Of a DNA stretch of 32,000 nucleotides, positions 8,701-18,023 are shown piece by piece (position 1 is the first letter of the stretch; each line of letters begins with the position of its first letter). Source of the DNA: Synechocystis sp. PCC 6803 substr. PCC-P (GTDB lineage Bacteria > Cyanobacteriota > Cyanobacteriia > Cyanobacteriales > Microcystaceae); the NCBI RefSeq assembly GCF_000284455.1, contig NC_017039.1, positions 420,001 to 452,000 on the forward strand, in the 5' to 3' direction. The notes beneath the pieces were generated by a model. It saw only the letters and a program-made list of their open reading frames with translations, was not told the origin of the DNA and did no database searches. The translations under genes were made by a program, and so were the position numbers.

Positions 8701-8720
8701 GATAACAAACTATCTACCCC

Positions 8721-9716
8721 TTACTTTTGTAAATGCCGGTTAAAAAATTGGCTCAGTTCCCTAAAAACCTCTGCCGATTCCGGTGTGTCAAATTCGTAGA
8801 GATATTCAGCATGGGAAAGACCTTCAAATAGCTGTAAATCCACCGGCACCTTGTTTTGTCTCAGTTTTCTTTGTAGTCGGGCCGTGTCGCTCAGCAATAA
8901 ATCTCTAGTACCACTAATGAGTAGGGTAGGAGGTAAACCAGCTAAATCATTGTAAATAGGTGAAATAAGCGGATGGGTGAGGGGTAATTCTCCCGCATAA
9001 AGTCGGGCCAAACCTTCAATCAGACCGTCGTAGCTAATGGCAGTGCGGTCAACATATTCATTGGTGAAGTGGGTATCTCCAGTTTTGGTTAAATCTACCC
9101 AGGGGGACAAAGGGGCGATCGCCGCTGGTAGGGGCAAATTAAGTTGCCGCAGTTGACAAACCAGGGCTAGCAATAAACCGCCCCCCGCAGAGGTACCGAA
9201 CAGGGCTAACCGATTAACATCATGGGTTTTCACCAACTCCTGCCACATGACCAAAGCATCTTCCAATGCCGCTGGAAAAGGGTAATTGGGTGGCTGACGG
9301 TAATCAATACTAATTACTCCCACCTGACCGTAGTGGGCCGCTAAGACTGCTTCCCCCGTCCCCAGTTCTCCGCCGGCCAAAGCGTAACCGCCCCCGTGGA
9401 GATGCACCCAAATTCTTTGGCTATTTTCCGGACTAATGATTGGAGGAGTCACTCGATAAACATTTACCCCGGCGATGCTTTTCTTGGTCAACGTCACCGG
9501 AAATTGTTGCCGTAATTTTTGCCATAAAACTTGGCTAGCTTGGTCATAGGCGGCAATGAGAGTTTGCCAGGCTGGTTTATCCTCCAGAGGCGGGATATTT
9601 TTGATTGCTTCCATGGCCCCTTGCAACGATTGGGCGATCGCCTTTTTTAAGGCTGGGCTAACGCTGGCCGGTACGGGCAAGGAACGGGACGGCAATGGGC
9701 GAGGGGCATAAACCAT
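8721..9716 (-). CDS. Alpha/beta hydrolase, HSL-type esterase/lipase family
   Basis: HLHGGGYALAGGE oxyanion motif, LFGTSAGGGLLLAL nucleophile elbow, SGTRDLLLSD acid, GLSHAEYLYEF histidine. Confidence 0.88.
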   Translation of the reverse strand: MVYAPRPLPSRSLPVPASVSPALKKAIAQSLQGAMEAIKNIPPLEDKPAWQTLIAAYDQASQVLWQKLRQQFPVTLTKKSIAGVNVYRVTPPIISPENSQRIWVHLHGGGYALAGGELGTGEAVLAAHYGQVGVISIDYRQPPNYPFPAALEDALVMWQELVKTHDVNRLALFGTSAGGGLLLALVCQLRQLNLPLPAAIAPLSPWVDLTKTGDTHFTNEYVDRTAISYDGLIEGLARLYAGELPLTHPLISPIYNDLAGLPPTLLISGTRDLLLSDTARLQRKLRQNKVPVDLQLFEGLSHAEYLYEFDTPESAEVFRELSQFFNRHLQK

Positions 9717-9911
9717 GGTTTGGTCAGAAACAAAACAATTTTTCTATTAAGTTTTATCAAGCTTAATGGCAAAATTTAACTTTAAAATTAACTTCAAAAT
9801 CTGTTGGACATAATGGCGTAACTTAAACTGGGGATAAACCAGCTTTGGCTATGGAAAAGTCTCTGTACAATGGTCCAATGTTAACCAAATATACACAGTG
9901 GAATACCAATT

Positions 9912-10271
9912 ATGACTAACCAACCCAACCAAGTGGATCCAGAAAGCAGAAATTGGGCCATGATCGCCCATCTGAGCACCTTTGCCGGCTACTTGATCCC
10001 TTTTGGTAACATCATCGGTCCTTTGGTGGTGTGGCTAATGAAAAAAGATGAGTCCGAATTTGTTAATGATCAGGCTAAGGAAGCGTTAAATTTCCAAATT
10101 AGTATCTTAATTTATGTGATTGTTTCCGCCGTCTTGATTCTCTTATTAATTGGCATTCCCCTTTTAATTGGTGTTTTGATTTTTGACTTAGTAGTAACAA
10201 TTATGGCGGCCATTAAAGCCAATGAAGGAATCCGGTACCGCTATCCCCTCAAAATCACCTTTATCAAATAG
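9912..10271 (+). CDS. DUF4870 (Tic20-like) small membrane protein
   Basis: NWAMIAHLSTFAGYLIPFGNIIGPLVVWLMKKDESEFVNDQAKEALNFQISI is the DUF4870 signature. Confidence 0.85.
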   Translation: MTNQPNQVDPESRNWAMIAHLSTFAGYLIPFGNIIGPLVVWLMKKDESEFVNDQAKEALNFQISILIYVIVSAVLILLLIGIPLLIGVLIFDLVVTIMAAIKANEGIRYRYPLKITFIK

Positions 10272-10371
10272 TTGCTCAACAAATAAGTAGATTAACTGAT
10301 GACTTATCAGCAGCTTGTTGACTGTCGGTTAAAGTTTACTTAAGTCTTTGAACTACTAGCGTTAGAACTTA

Positions 10372-10511
10372 TTTGAAAAGTTTTATTCTGCCCCCTAAAT
10401 CTCCTCACTAAAGCTCCGGCAATACTGGGGGTCTTTTGTAAGAGTTCCCCCCTTTCTAAGGGGGGCTAGGGGGGATTAAACAGCCAAAACTCAACTTTTT
10501 AAAAAGGCTCT
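10372..10511. repeat. Dispersed palindromic repeat, copy A
   Basis: Shares GCCCCCTAAAT, CAATACTGGGGG-CTTTT, a CCCCCC...GGGGGGCTAGGGGGG hairpin and a TTAAA/CAG tail with copy B at 27815-27925. Confidence 0.7.
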
Positions 10512-10525
10512 TAAGCTTGAATTAA

Positions 10526-11146
10526 TTAACTTGCCAAAACCTTAGTTGGTAAATAATGTTCAACAAAATCTACCACGGTACTTAATCCAGTGGCTGTTTT
10601 CAAGTTAGTAAAGACAAAGGGTTTTTCCCCCCGCATTTTTTTTGCATCCCGATCCATGATTCCCAAATCTGCCCCCACCATCGGTGCTAAATCAATCTTA
10701 TTAATCACCAATAAATCTGATTTGGTAATGCCTGGGCCGCCCTTACGGGGAATTTTGTCCCCCGCCGCTACGTCAATGACATAGAGGGTTAAATCCACCA
10801 ATTCCGGGCTAAAGGTGGCTGCTAAATTATCTCCCCCACTCTCCAAAAACACCATATCCAGGGGCATAAAACGGGCCTCTAAATCGGCGATCGCCGCTAG
10901 GTTGAGACTAGCATCTTCTCGAATGGCCGTGTGGGGACACCCTCCAGTTTCTACCCCAAGGATGCGATCGGGGGTGAGGGCTTCCGCTCGGACTAAAAAT
11001 TGGGCATCTTCCTGAGTGTAAATATCGTTAGTGACCACAGCCAATTGATATTTTTGCCTCAAGGCTTTGCAGAGGGCTTCCAAAAGGGCCGTTTTGCCAG
11101 AGCCCACAGGGCCAGCAATGCCAATGCGGAGGGGAGTTTGAGCCAT
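10526..11146 (-). CDS. ureG: Urease accessory GTPase UreG
   Basis: [66 protein letters not shown]. Confidence 0.97.
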   Translation of the reverse strand: MAQTPLRIGIAGPVGSGKTALLEALCKALRQKYQLAVVTNDIYTQEDAQFLVRAEALTPDRILGVETGGCPHTAIREDASLNLAAIADLEARFMPLDMVFLESGGDNLAATFSPELVDLTLYVIDVAAGDKIPRKGGPGITKSDLLVINKIDLAPMVGADLGIMDRDAKKMRGEKPFVFTNLKTATGLSTVVDFVEHYLPTKVLAS

Positions 11147-11451
11147 GGTACTAAATGGTACTAACAGGAAAAAAATATGAAGATAGGCTTTCAGTGTACC
11201 GTCTAATTTATATTTTCTTCCGTTGATTTGCCGGGGCAGGGTTGGTTAGGCCGATGTTAGAATTTATTTATGGGCAAAAGTTCTGTATCTCTCTCAATGC
11301 TTTGTCGCAAGGGCTTTTAGTCGCTGAGAAAACTCCAGAAATTTTGAACTCCCTAAGCCTCACTATCAGATAATTTCAGCGTTCTGAGAAAGTTTCTTGC
11401 CTACCGCCATTACCCCAGCTAACCCCTACTTCGGAATATCTGCGAACTTTT

Positions 11452-12897
11452 GTGACTTTTTACCAGCGCAGACTGCACGTTTTACTGATTGAAGATCAGC
11501 AATGCCAGGTGGAATTGCTCAAGGTTTTACTGGAAAGTCAATCTTTTTTTGCGGTACAGCTCCAGGTGACCCGGACCCTAGCCCAGGGCGTTAATCGCCT
11601 CCAGAGTGGTATTTTCGACACCATTTTACTAGATTTATTTTTACCCGATGGCCAGGGGATTGAAGCCTTGAGGACCGTGCAGAAGTTTGCGCCCCATATT
11701 CCCATTATTGTGCTAACGGCGGCCACAGACTTAAACATGGGTTTGGCGGCCTTACAAAAGGGAGCGGAGGATTATTTAGTTAAGGAACACCTGCGGGAAA
11801 GTCAGATTGCCAAATCAATTCTCTATGCTTTGGAAAGGAAAAAAGCTCGGCGAGAATTGCAGGTACAGATTGAACGGGAACGATTAATGGCCCGCATTCT
11901 GGAAGAAATTCGCCAGTCCTTGGATTTATCGGTTATTTTGCAGACCACTGTGGATGAGGTACGTAAATTTCTCCAGGCAGACCAAGTGGTTATTTACCGT
12001 TGCTATTCCCCCAGGGCAAGCAGAATTCTGGTGGCGGCCCCGAGTTCTTCCCTCCCAGCCAATGGCGATCGCCGTCATATCCCCGAGCGGGGACCGGATT
12101 CCAACGGTGAACCAACGGAACCGATTCCTTGCCAAACTATCAATTCCCTCCGTCAACTTCCCCTGGACGAAATAACCTTGGGGCCCAGGGCTAAAGACGG
12201 GGTGCTTATAATCCCTATCCGGCCCCAAAAGCCCCATCAAGAGGATTGCCTTTGGGGGCAATTGGTTGTCCGGGTCGGAGACCAAAAACGGTCATGGTTG
12301 CCCTGGGAAATAGAATTTTTGTGCCATCTCAGCAGTCAAGTGGCGATCGCCATTCAACAATCGGCCCTATTTGCCCAAGTGCATTACCTAGCTAACATGG
12401 ATGGGCTCACAGGCATTGCTAATCGCCGCTATTTAGACCACTTTTTAGAGCAACAATGGCAAAAATTGGCCAAGCATCATCAATATCTCAGTTTAATTTT
12501 GTGCGACATCGATTTTTTTAAACAATATAACGACACCTATGGTCATTTAGAAGGGGATGAATGCTTAAAAAAAGTAGCCAATTTGCTCAAAAAAGTAATG
12601 CGTCGGGGAACGGATTTAACGGCCCGTTATGGGGGGGAAGAATTCGCCCTGGTATTACCCCAAACCAACAAGCAAGGCTGTCAAAATGTGGTAATTCATC
12701 TCCAAAGTGTGTTTAAACAGGCCCAAATTCCCCACCGCAGTTCCATTATCCAACCCTATCTCACCCTCAGCATTGGTAGTGCCACCATGGTGCCGCTCCC
12801 TAATGTACCACCAAAACAGTTAATTGACTGGGCAGATCAGGCTTTATTTAAAGCGAAAAAAGCTGGTCGTAACTGTCACTTTAGTTTTGCCGATTAA
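11452..12897 (+). CDS. Response regulator REC - GAF - GGDEF diguanylate cyclase (GTG start)
   Basis: REC: VLLIEDQQ, ILLDLFLPDGQG, YLVKEH. GAF around ILQTTVDEVRKFLQADQVVIYR. GGDEF active site RYGGEEFALVLP with upstream RxxD (RGTD) I-site. Confidence 0.93.
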   Translation: MTFYQRRLHVLLIEDQQCQVELLKVLLESQSFFAVQLQVTRTLAQGVNRLQSGIFDTILLDLFLPDGQGIEALRTVQKFAPHIPIIVLTAATDLNMGLAALQKGAEDYLVKEHLRESQIAKSILYALERKKARRELQVQIERERLMARILEEIRQSLDLSVILQTTVDEVRKFLQADQVVIYRCYSPRASRILVAAPSSSLPANGDRRHIPERGPDSNGEPTEPIPCQTINSLRQLPLDEITLGPRAKDGVLIIPIRPQKPHQEDCLWGQLVVRVGDQKRSWLPWEIEFLCHLSSQVAIAIQQSALFAQVHYLANMDGLTGIANRRYLDHFLEQQWQKLAKHHQYLSLILCDIDFFKQYNDTYGHLEGDECLKKVANLLKKVMRRGTDLTARYGGEEFALVLPQTNKQGCQNVVIHLQSVFKQAQIPHRSSIIQPYLTLSIGSATMVPLPNVPPKQLIDWADQALFKAKKAGRNCHFSFAD

Positions 12898-14410
12898 TTT
12901 GGTAAAGATAATACTGCTCTTCTTGAATAAAGCTATGGCGAAATTCTGCCAAGGGAGTAATGCTTAAACCGGGCTGGCTTACTTCTAAAGGAGTGTTTAA
13001 AATCAGAATTATCGGTGGGCTTAGCTTAAGTCCCAATTGTTGATCAATTTGTTGCAAAATTTGCTGTTGATTCACTTCCTGTCGTTCGGCGGTAAAAATC
13101 ACAAAACTACCTAAAGCGCGACTTTCTGGATAATAAATTTTTCTGTTTAAGTGGGCAGCAATGGGACTGGCCATAAAATCGTTACTGCCTACTAAAGTTG
13201 CTTCTTGTAGGCCTTGATCAACTAAATAATTGGCCACTGCTCGACTAGCAGAATAGGGCAAAAGTAAGTCCCTGCCGTATCCTACTAAACCGCCGATTAA
13301 TTGACAAACTAAAATTAAAGTAAATAAATAAGGGACTAGTTTTTGACTCCATTGTTTAGCCCTAGATAGAACTTTTTCTTTCAACAGGGGATTGGGAGAG
13401 AGGTAAAACTTCAACCAATAACTAGCAATTAAAACCAAATATAGACTGCCAAAATGCCGAGGAGCTCCCAAAAATCTACCGTAGGTAAATAGTAAAATAG
13501 CGCCACTGCCCAACCAATAAAATAATAAAATCAGTGGATAATCGCTAAAATATAAGGACCAAATTGTGAACAGGATGAGGGAAAAAATGCTGAAAATTCC
13601 CAGATCCAACGGTCGGCGATCGGAAGGGACTAAAATCGTAATGTAACCATTCCAAACTCGGCTCAATGCTTGCCCTAAACGATACCAATCCCATTGCAAA
13701 ATCCATTGGTCTGCCCCACCATGGAGGGTGCTGTCCCCTGGTTGTACCATTACCACCACCGACAGGGCCACAGCCGCAGCGAAGAATAAAATACTAAGCA
13801 ACCTGTCCCACCAAGGGGCCTGTAACGTCACTCCCAAGGGTTTTTGCCAAATCCATTCCCCCCCCAAGGCGATCGCCAAGCAGACACTAATCATGAGGGC
13901 ATAGGCATTGCTGTTGGCCATGAAGGCTAAACAGAAAGCCAGAGGTAAATAGGTTTGCTTTCTGCGGGGAAATAGGGCACAAAAGGCGAACAATCCCAGT
14001 AATCCCAACGCATAGTTACGACTGATCAGTAAATATTCATAAAAAGGCAAATAGCCAAGGGAGAAAATTAACTTTTGCCAACGGGGAAAGGGGCTGTAAC
14101 GCAGAAAAACGGCGATCGCCGCCATGGCCAGAGCGAGATGAAATAGCTGCATGGCCAGCAAGTTGGGGGTCAGTTGATTCAACAACCAGAGCAACCCATA
14201 CCAAAGCAGGGGATGGCCTTCGTAGCGCACATTACGCCAAAAATCAGCAAAATCAACACTATCCCGGCCAATTAGCCAGCCATTGACCTCATCCCGCCAA
14301 GGAGCATGGTTTAACGTCCCTATCAGCCCCAGGCAAAAAATGCCCAGCCAGAGCCACCATTCAAAGTGCGGCAGGCGATCGAGACGATGGGCAAGATTTA
14401 GTTTGGCCAT
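12881..14410 (-). CDS. Polytopic membrane protein, GT-C-like glycosyltransferase fold (unknown function)
   Basis: About 10 hydrophobic segments, N-terminal NHAPWRDEVNGWLIGRD (DE motif in the first loop, as in GT-C enzymes). 3' end overlaps the convergent gene by 17 bp. Confidence 0.65.
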   Translation of the reverse strand: MAKLNLAHRLDRLPHFEWWLWLGIFCLGLIGTLNHAPWRDEVNGWLIGRDSVDFADFWRNVRYEGHPLLWYGLLWLLNQLTPNLLAMQLFHLALAMAAIAVFLRYSPFPRWQKLIFSLGYLPFYEYLLISRNYALGLLGLFAFCALFPRRKQTYLPLAFCLAFMANSNAYALMISVCLAIALGGEWIWQKPLGVTLQAPWWDRLLSILFFAAAVALSVVVMVQPGDSTLHGGADQWILQWDWYRLGQALSRVWNGYITILVPSDRRPLDLGIFSIFSLILFTIWSLYFSDYPLILLFYWLGSGAILLFTYGRFLGAPRHFGSLYLVLIASYWLKFYLSPNPLLKEKVLSRAKQWSQKLVPYLFTLILVCQLIGGLVGYGRDLLLPYSASRAVANYLVDQGLQEATLVGSNDFMASPIAAHLNRKIYYPESRALGSFVIFTAERQEVNQQQILQQIDQQLGLKLSPPIILILNTPLEVSQPGLSITPLAEFRHSFIQEEQYYLYQINRQN

Positions 14411-14421
14411 GGAGAAGGGGT

Positions 14422-16260
14422 TTAATTTGTTGGCTGGACACCGTAAATCAGCATTACCAATAGGGGTGTGGCTAGGGTGAGGATAACAGTCAAAGGAGCG
14501 CCAATGCGGGCAAAATCTGTAAAACGGTAACCCCCAGGGCCATAGACCATGGTGTTGGTTTGGTAGCCAATGGGGGACATAAAGCTATTGGAAGCGGCAA
14601 AGGTAACCACAAACATAAACGCTAACGGATTTAAACCCAAGCTTTGGGCCACTTGGAAGGCAATGGGTAACATCAACACCACGGTGGCATTGTTGGACAA
14701 AATTTCCGTTAGCAGAGCTGTGGCAAGATAAAACAAGAGCAATAGAGCGTAGCCAGAAAGGTGGCCTCCTGCATCGGCCAAAAAGCTAGCAAACCAGGCG
14801 GTGGTGCCGGAATTTTCCATGGCAGTGCCTAGGGGAATTAACCCTGCCAACAGAAAAATCACATCCCAACGGATAGCACCATAAATTTCCCCCGGCTTCA
14901 GGCAACCACTAATCACCATGGCCATTACCCCGGCCCAACTGGTGACGCTAATGGGCAAAATATCCAATCCTGCGATGACAATGACCAAAGCCACAATGGC
15001 GATCGCCGTTTTGGCCTTATCAAGACGGAGATTATCCAAGGGTTTTTCTTCCAATACCAACAATTCCCTAGTAGTCTGCAAACCAAGGAAACTTTCCCTA
15101 GGTCCCTGGAGTAGTAGTAAATCGCCAAACTTGAGGCGCACCTTTCCCAAGCGCTGGCGAATTAATTCCTCCCCCCGGCGAATGGCAATCACTGTGGCGT
15201 TATAGCGTTGACGAAAGCGTAAATCCTTCAGGGTGGAACCAATTAAACGGGAGTTAGAGAGAATTAACACCTCCGCCACCTTTTCTTCGGAAGATTCCAG
15301 AGGCCCTGCATTATTGGTTTCGGCGCTAACAAATTGCACATCGGCCAGGATTTCAATACCTCGTTCGTCCTTAATTCTGAGTAAATCTTCCCGCCCCGCC
15401 CGCACCAGCAAAATATCCCCCATGGTCAACACCCGATCCGCCAACGGTTGGGGAAAATGGGTATCGTTATGGATAATTTCCAACACATCAATGTCAAATT
15501 TACGCTGAATTTCGCTCTGCCGCAGGGTTTGACCAATCAGGCTAGAACGGGGAGGAATAATAATTTCGCTGACATAGTCTTTAATTTGATACTCCGCCGC
15601 CACATTGCCATCGGAAATATTACGTCTAGCCGGTAAGAGTATCGGGGCCGCTAGGACAATGTAGATCAAACCAACACTGAAAGTGAGTAAGCCCAGGGGA
15701 GTGAATTGGAAAATGCTAAACCCCTGGCCAGTCAATTTTTCTGCCAAACCGCTGGCAAGAATATTGGTGGAAGTACCCAGGAGGGTAATCATTCCCCCCA
15801 GAATGGTGGCGTAGGAGAGGGGAATTAATAGTTTGGAAACGGAGATTTGTCTTTGCCTGGCCCACTCTTCAATGATGGGCAAAAAGATCGCCACGATCGC
15901 CGTGTTGTTGAGAAAGGCAGAGCTGGGGCCGACGATAAACCCCATCAGTAAAAGTTGTCTGCGTAAACTATCGCCGCCAAATTTGATCAGGCTATCGCGA
16001 ATAATTTGGATAATGCCGGTGCGGGTAATGCCGTAGCTTAAAATAAACATGGCCATGATGGTGACGGTGGCGGAATTGCTAAACCCCGCAATCCCCTCCG
16101 TGGGGGTGACCAAACCCAACACCATTAAAATTACAGCCACCAGAATGGCGGTGGTGTCGATGGGTAACCACTCCAACACAAACATCACCAGCGCAAAAAC
16201 AATAACTGCCAGAGTGAGGGGAATTTGATAGTCTGCCAGCCAGGTTTGCAAAAAGGCCAT
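14422..16260 (-). CDS. SLC13/DASS-family permease with two central TrkA-C (RCK_C) domains
   Basis: 612 aa; NNTAIVAIFLPI and NNATVVLMLPIAF transporter motifs; central soluble section SLIGQTLRQSEIQRKFDIDVLEI...GDILLVRA and RLIGSTLKDLRFRQRYNATVIAIRR...GDLLLLQG. Confidence 0.92.
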   Translation of the reverse strand: MAFLQTWLADYQIPLTLAVIVFALVMFVLEWLPIDTTAILVAVILMVLGLVTPTEGIAGFSNSATVTIMAMFILSYGITRTGIIQIIRDSLIKFGGDSLRRQLLLMGFIVGPSSAFLNNTAIVAIFLPIIEEWARQRQISVSKLLIPLSYATILGGMITLLGTSTNILASGLAEKLTGQGFSIFQFTPLGLLTFSVGLIYIVLAAPILLPARRNISDGNVAAEYQIKDYVSEIIIPPRSSLIGQTLRQSEIQRKFDIDVLEIIHNDTHFPQPLADRVLTMGDILLVRAGREDLLRIKDERGIEILADVQFVSAETNNAGPLESSEEKVAEVLILSNSRLIGSTLKDLRFRQRYNATVIAIRRGEELIRQRLGKVRLKFGDLLLLQGPRESFLGLQTTRELLVLEEKPLDNLRLDKAKTAIAIVALVIVIAGLDILPISVTSWAGVMAMVISGCLKPGEIYGAIRWDVIFLLAGLIPLGTAMENSGTTAWFASFLADAGGHLSGYALLLLFYLATALLTEILSNNATVVLMLPIAFQVAQSLGLNPLAFMFVVTFAASNSFMSPIGYQTNTMVYGPGGYRFTDFARIGAPLTVILTLATPLLVMLIYGVQPTN

Positions 16261-16335
16261 AGTTATCCCAAAAGATGATTAAACAAATTCTTCCCCATTG
16301 CCAGCGAGTTCACAAGAGGAAATAGTCCGATAACA

Positions 16336-17367
16336 ATGCGTGTCATTCTGTGTGGTTACTACGGCCAAGACAATGCTGGGGATGAAGCCCTTTTAGTCTG
16401 TTTGCTGCAAATGCTTCCTGCGACGGTGGAGCCAGTGGTGCTCTCCGCCAATCCCCAGGTCACCACAGCGAGATACGGTGTTAAAGCCCACTACAACCGA
16501 GACTGGGGCAAAATTTGGCAGCTTTTGGGTCAATGTGACGGTTTTATCTGGGGGGGAGGCAGTTTGATGCAGGATGTGACCAGCGTGGTTAGTCCCCTAT
16601 ACTACGGTGGTTTGATGGCGATCGCCCAGATGCGGCGTTTAAAAACCATTGCCTGGGCCCAGGGCATTGGCCCCCTTAGAAGGCCGCCGTTGCGCTGGTT
16701 TACCCAACAGGTGCTCCGGGGTTGTAGCGGCATCAGCGTACGGGATCAAGCTTCTTTGCAATTAGTTAAACAATGGGGCTTAAAGGCTTTTTTAGCGGCG
16801 GATCCGGTGTGGTCTTTAGCCGCTGAAAATGCGTCTTCTTCCCCCAGCCCTTTGCCCATGGTGGCGGTGAATTTGCGGGCCCATCCTTTGTTAACCTTGG
16901 AACGCTTGGCGGTCATTACCGAAGCCCTAAGGGATTTTCAACACCAGACCCAAACCCATGTGCGGCTCATTCCCCTACAAAAATCCCAGGATTTGGCCAT
17001 TGCCGAAGCGATCGCCGTGGAATTGCCGGGGAGTCATGAAATTCTTTACCGCCCCGACCCCAGGGAATGTAAAGGTTTGTTCCGGGGGGCGGAATTCACC
17101 ATTGGCATGCGGCTCCACAGTTTAATCATGGCCGCGGCGGAGGGCAGTGCCTGCTTTGCCCTTAGTTATGACCCTAAAGTTAGTCGTTTAATCGCAGAGG
17201 TGGGACTACCGGGCCGGGAATTGGCGGATTTACCCAGGGATAGCAACGAACTCAGCCAGGTTTGGCAGGGACATTTCCGGCAAAGACAACCCTCTACCGG
17301 GGTAGAGTTCTTGCAAAAATCTGCCCTTCAGCATCAAACTTTGTTGCAGAAAATTTTTGTTGACTAG
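16336..17367 (+). CDS. csaB: Polysaccharide pyruvyl transferase CsaB
   Basis: LCGYYGQDNAGDEALL, FIWGGGSLMQDVTS, WAQGIGPLRR, SGISVRDQAS, GMRLHSLIMAA. Confidence 0.93.
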   Translation: MRVILCGYYGQDNAGDEALLVCLLQMLPATVEPVVLSANPQVTTARYGVKAHYNRDWGKIWQLLGQCDGFIWGGGSLMQDVTSVVSPLYYGGLMAIAQMRRLKTIAWAQGIGPLRRPPLRWFTQQVLRGCSGISVRDQASLQLVKQWGLKAFLAADPVWSLAAENASSSPSPLPMVAVNLRAHPLLTLERLAVITEALRDFQHQTQTHVRLIPLQKSQDLAIAEAIAVELPGSHEILYRPDPRECKGLFRGAEFTIGMRLHSLIMAAAEGSACFALSYDPKVSRLIAEVGLPGRELADLPRDSNELSQVWQGHFRQRQPSTGVEFLQKSALQHQTLLQKIFVD

Positions 17368-17391
17368 CTTTTCGGGTGGGAGTGTGGTATC

Positions 17392-17397
17392 TATAAT
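17392..17397 (+). promoter_or_regulatory. Candidate -10 hexamer TATAAT downstream of csaB
   Basis: Exact TATAAT; a TTGACT at 17360-17365 is 26 nt upstream, too far for a standard -35. Confidence 0.35.
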
Positions 17398-17806
17398 AGC
17401 CCGAGGCAAAACATTGCCTATTTCACCAGCCTTACTGCGGAACCTTAAGCTTTATTTAACTATTGCGGTGGTTCCAAAGCCCGAATATATCGCAAGATAG
17501 ATTGCAAGCAGATGGGACTGTCCTAGGCTATTACATAACCTGTGGTCTGCCTGAATTTGTCTACGGGACTTCAGTCCTAGAATGGTTGCAAAGTTTTAGT
17601 TGCTCGGACTGGGCTCCATTGTTGCCCCTGGCCGAAACCGCCGATGTTTGGGTGTGTGGAATAAAAAGTTAGTCCTCCTATCCATTGTCATTCAGCGACG
17701 ACGGAGTTGGACGGATTGTTGCAATGGCCGTAGTGAGAATTTTGGCTGAGCTTAGCTAGCCAACCCGAAATAGAGTCCAAATTTTATAAATTTTTTTCCG
17801 TCCCCC

Positions 17807-18010
17807 ATGAGTCAAACTAACTACTATCAGAATCTTTTAAATTTTCTCCGCCAAGACCTTTCCCTGCCGGCAGAATCCCTGGCGATCGCCGAGCGCACCG
17901 CTTGCAACGCCATTGACAATAGTAACAATCTACCCATTATTCTCTGGCAGTATGGGCTAATTAGTTTGGAAGAATTAGACCGGATTTTCGACTGGCTCGA
18001 AAAGTTTTAG
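17807..18010 (+). CDS. DUF2949-family small protein
   Basis: 67 aa: NLLNFLRQDLSLPAESLAIAER...LPIILWQYGLISLEELDRIFDWLEKF. Confidence 0.82.
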   Translation: MSQTNYYQNLLNFLRQDLSLPAESLAIAERTACNAIDNSNNLPIILWQYGLISLEELDRIFDWLEKF

Positions 18011-18023
18011 TAGGGCCATCGCC

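Noticed and set aside
10391-10406. CTCCTCACT resembling the Yfr1 sRNA core (ACUCCUCACAC)
   Set aside because: It lies inside the dispersed repeat, lacks the full Yfr1 motif and flanking stems, so it is most likely coincidental.
17463-17672. 69-aa ORF with TTG start between csaB and the DUF2949 gene
   Set aside because: No recognisable motif, no clear start context and odd composition; not reported as a CDS, only mentioned within the intergenic finding.
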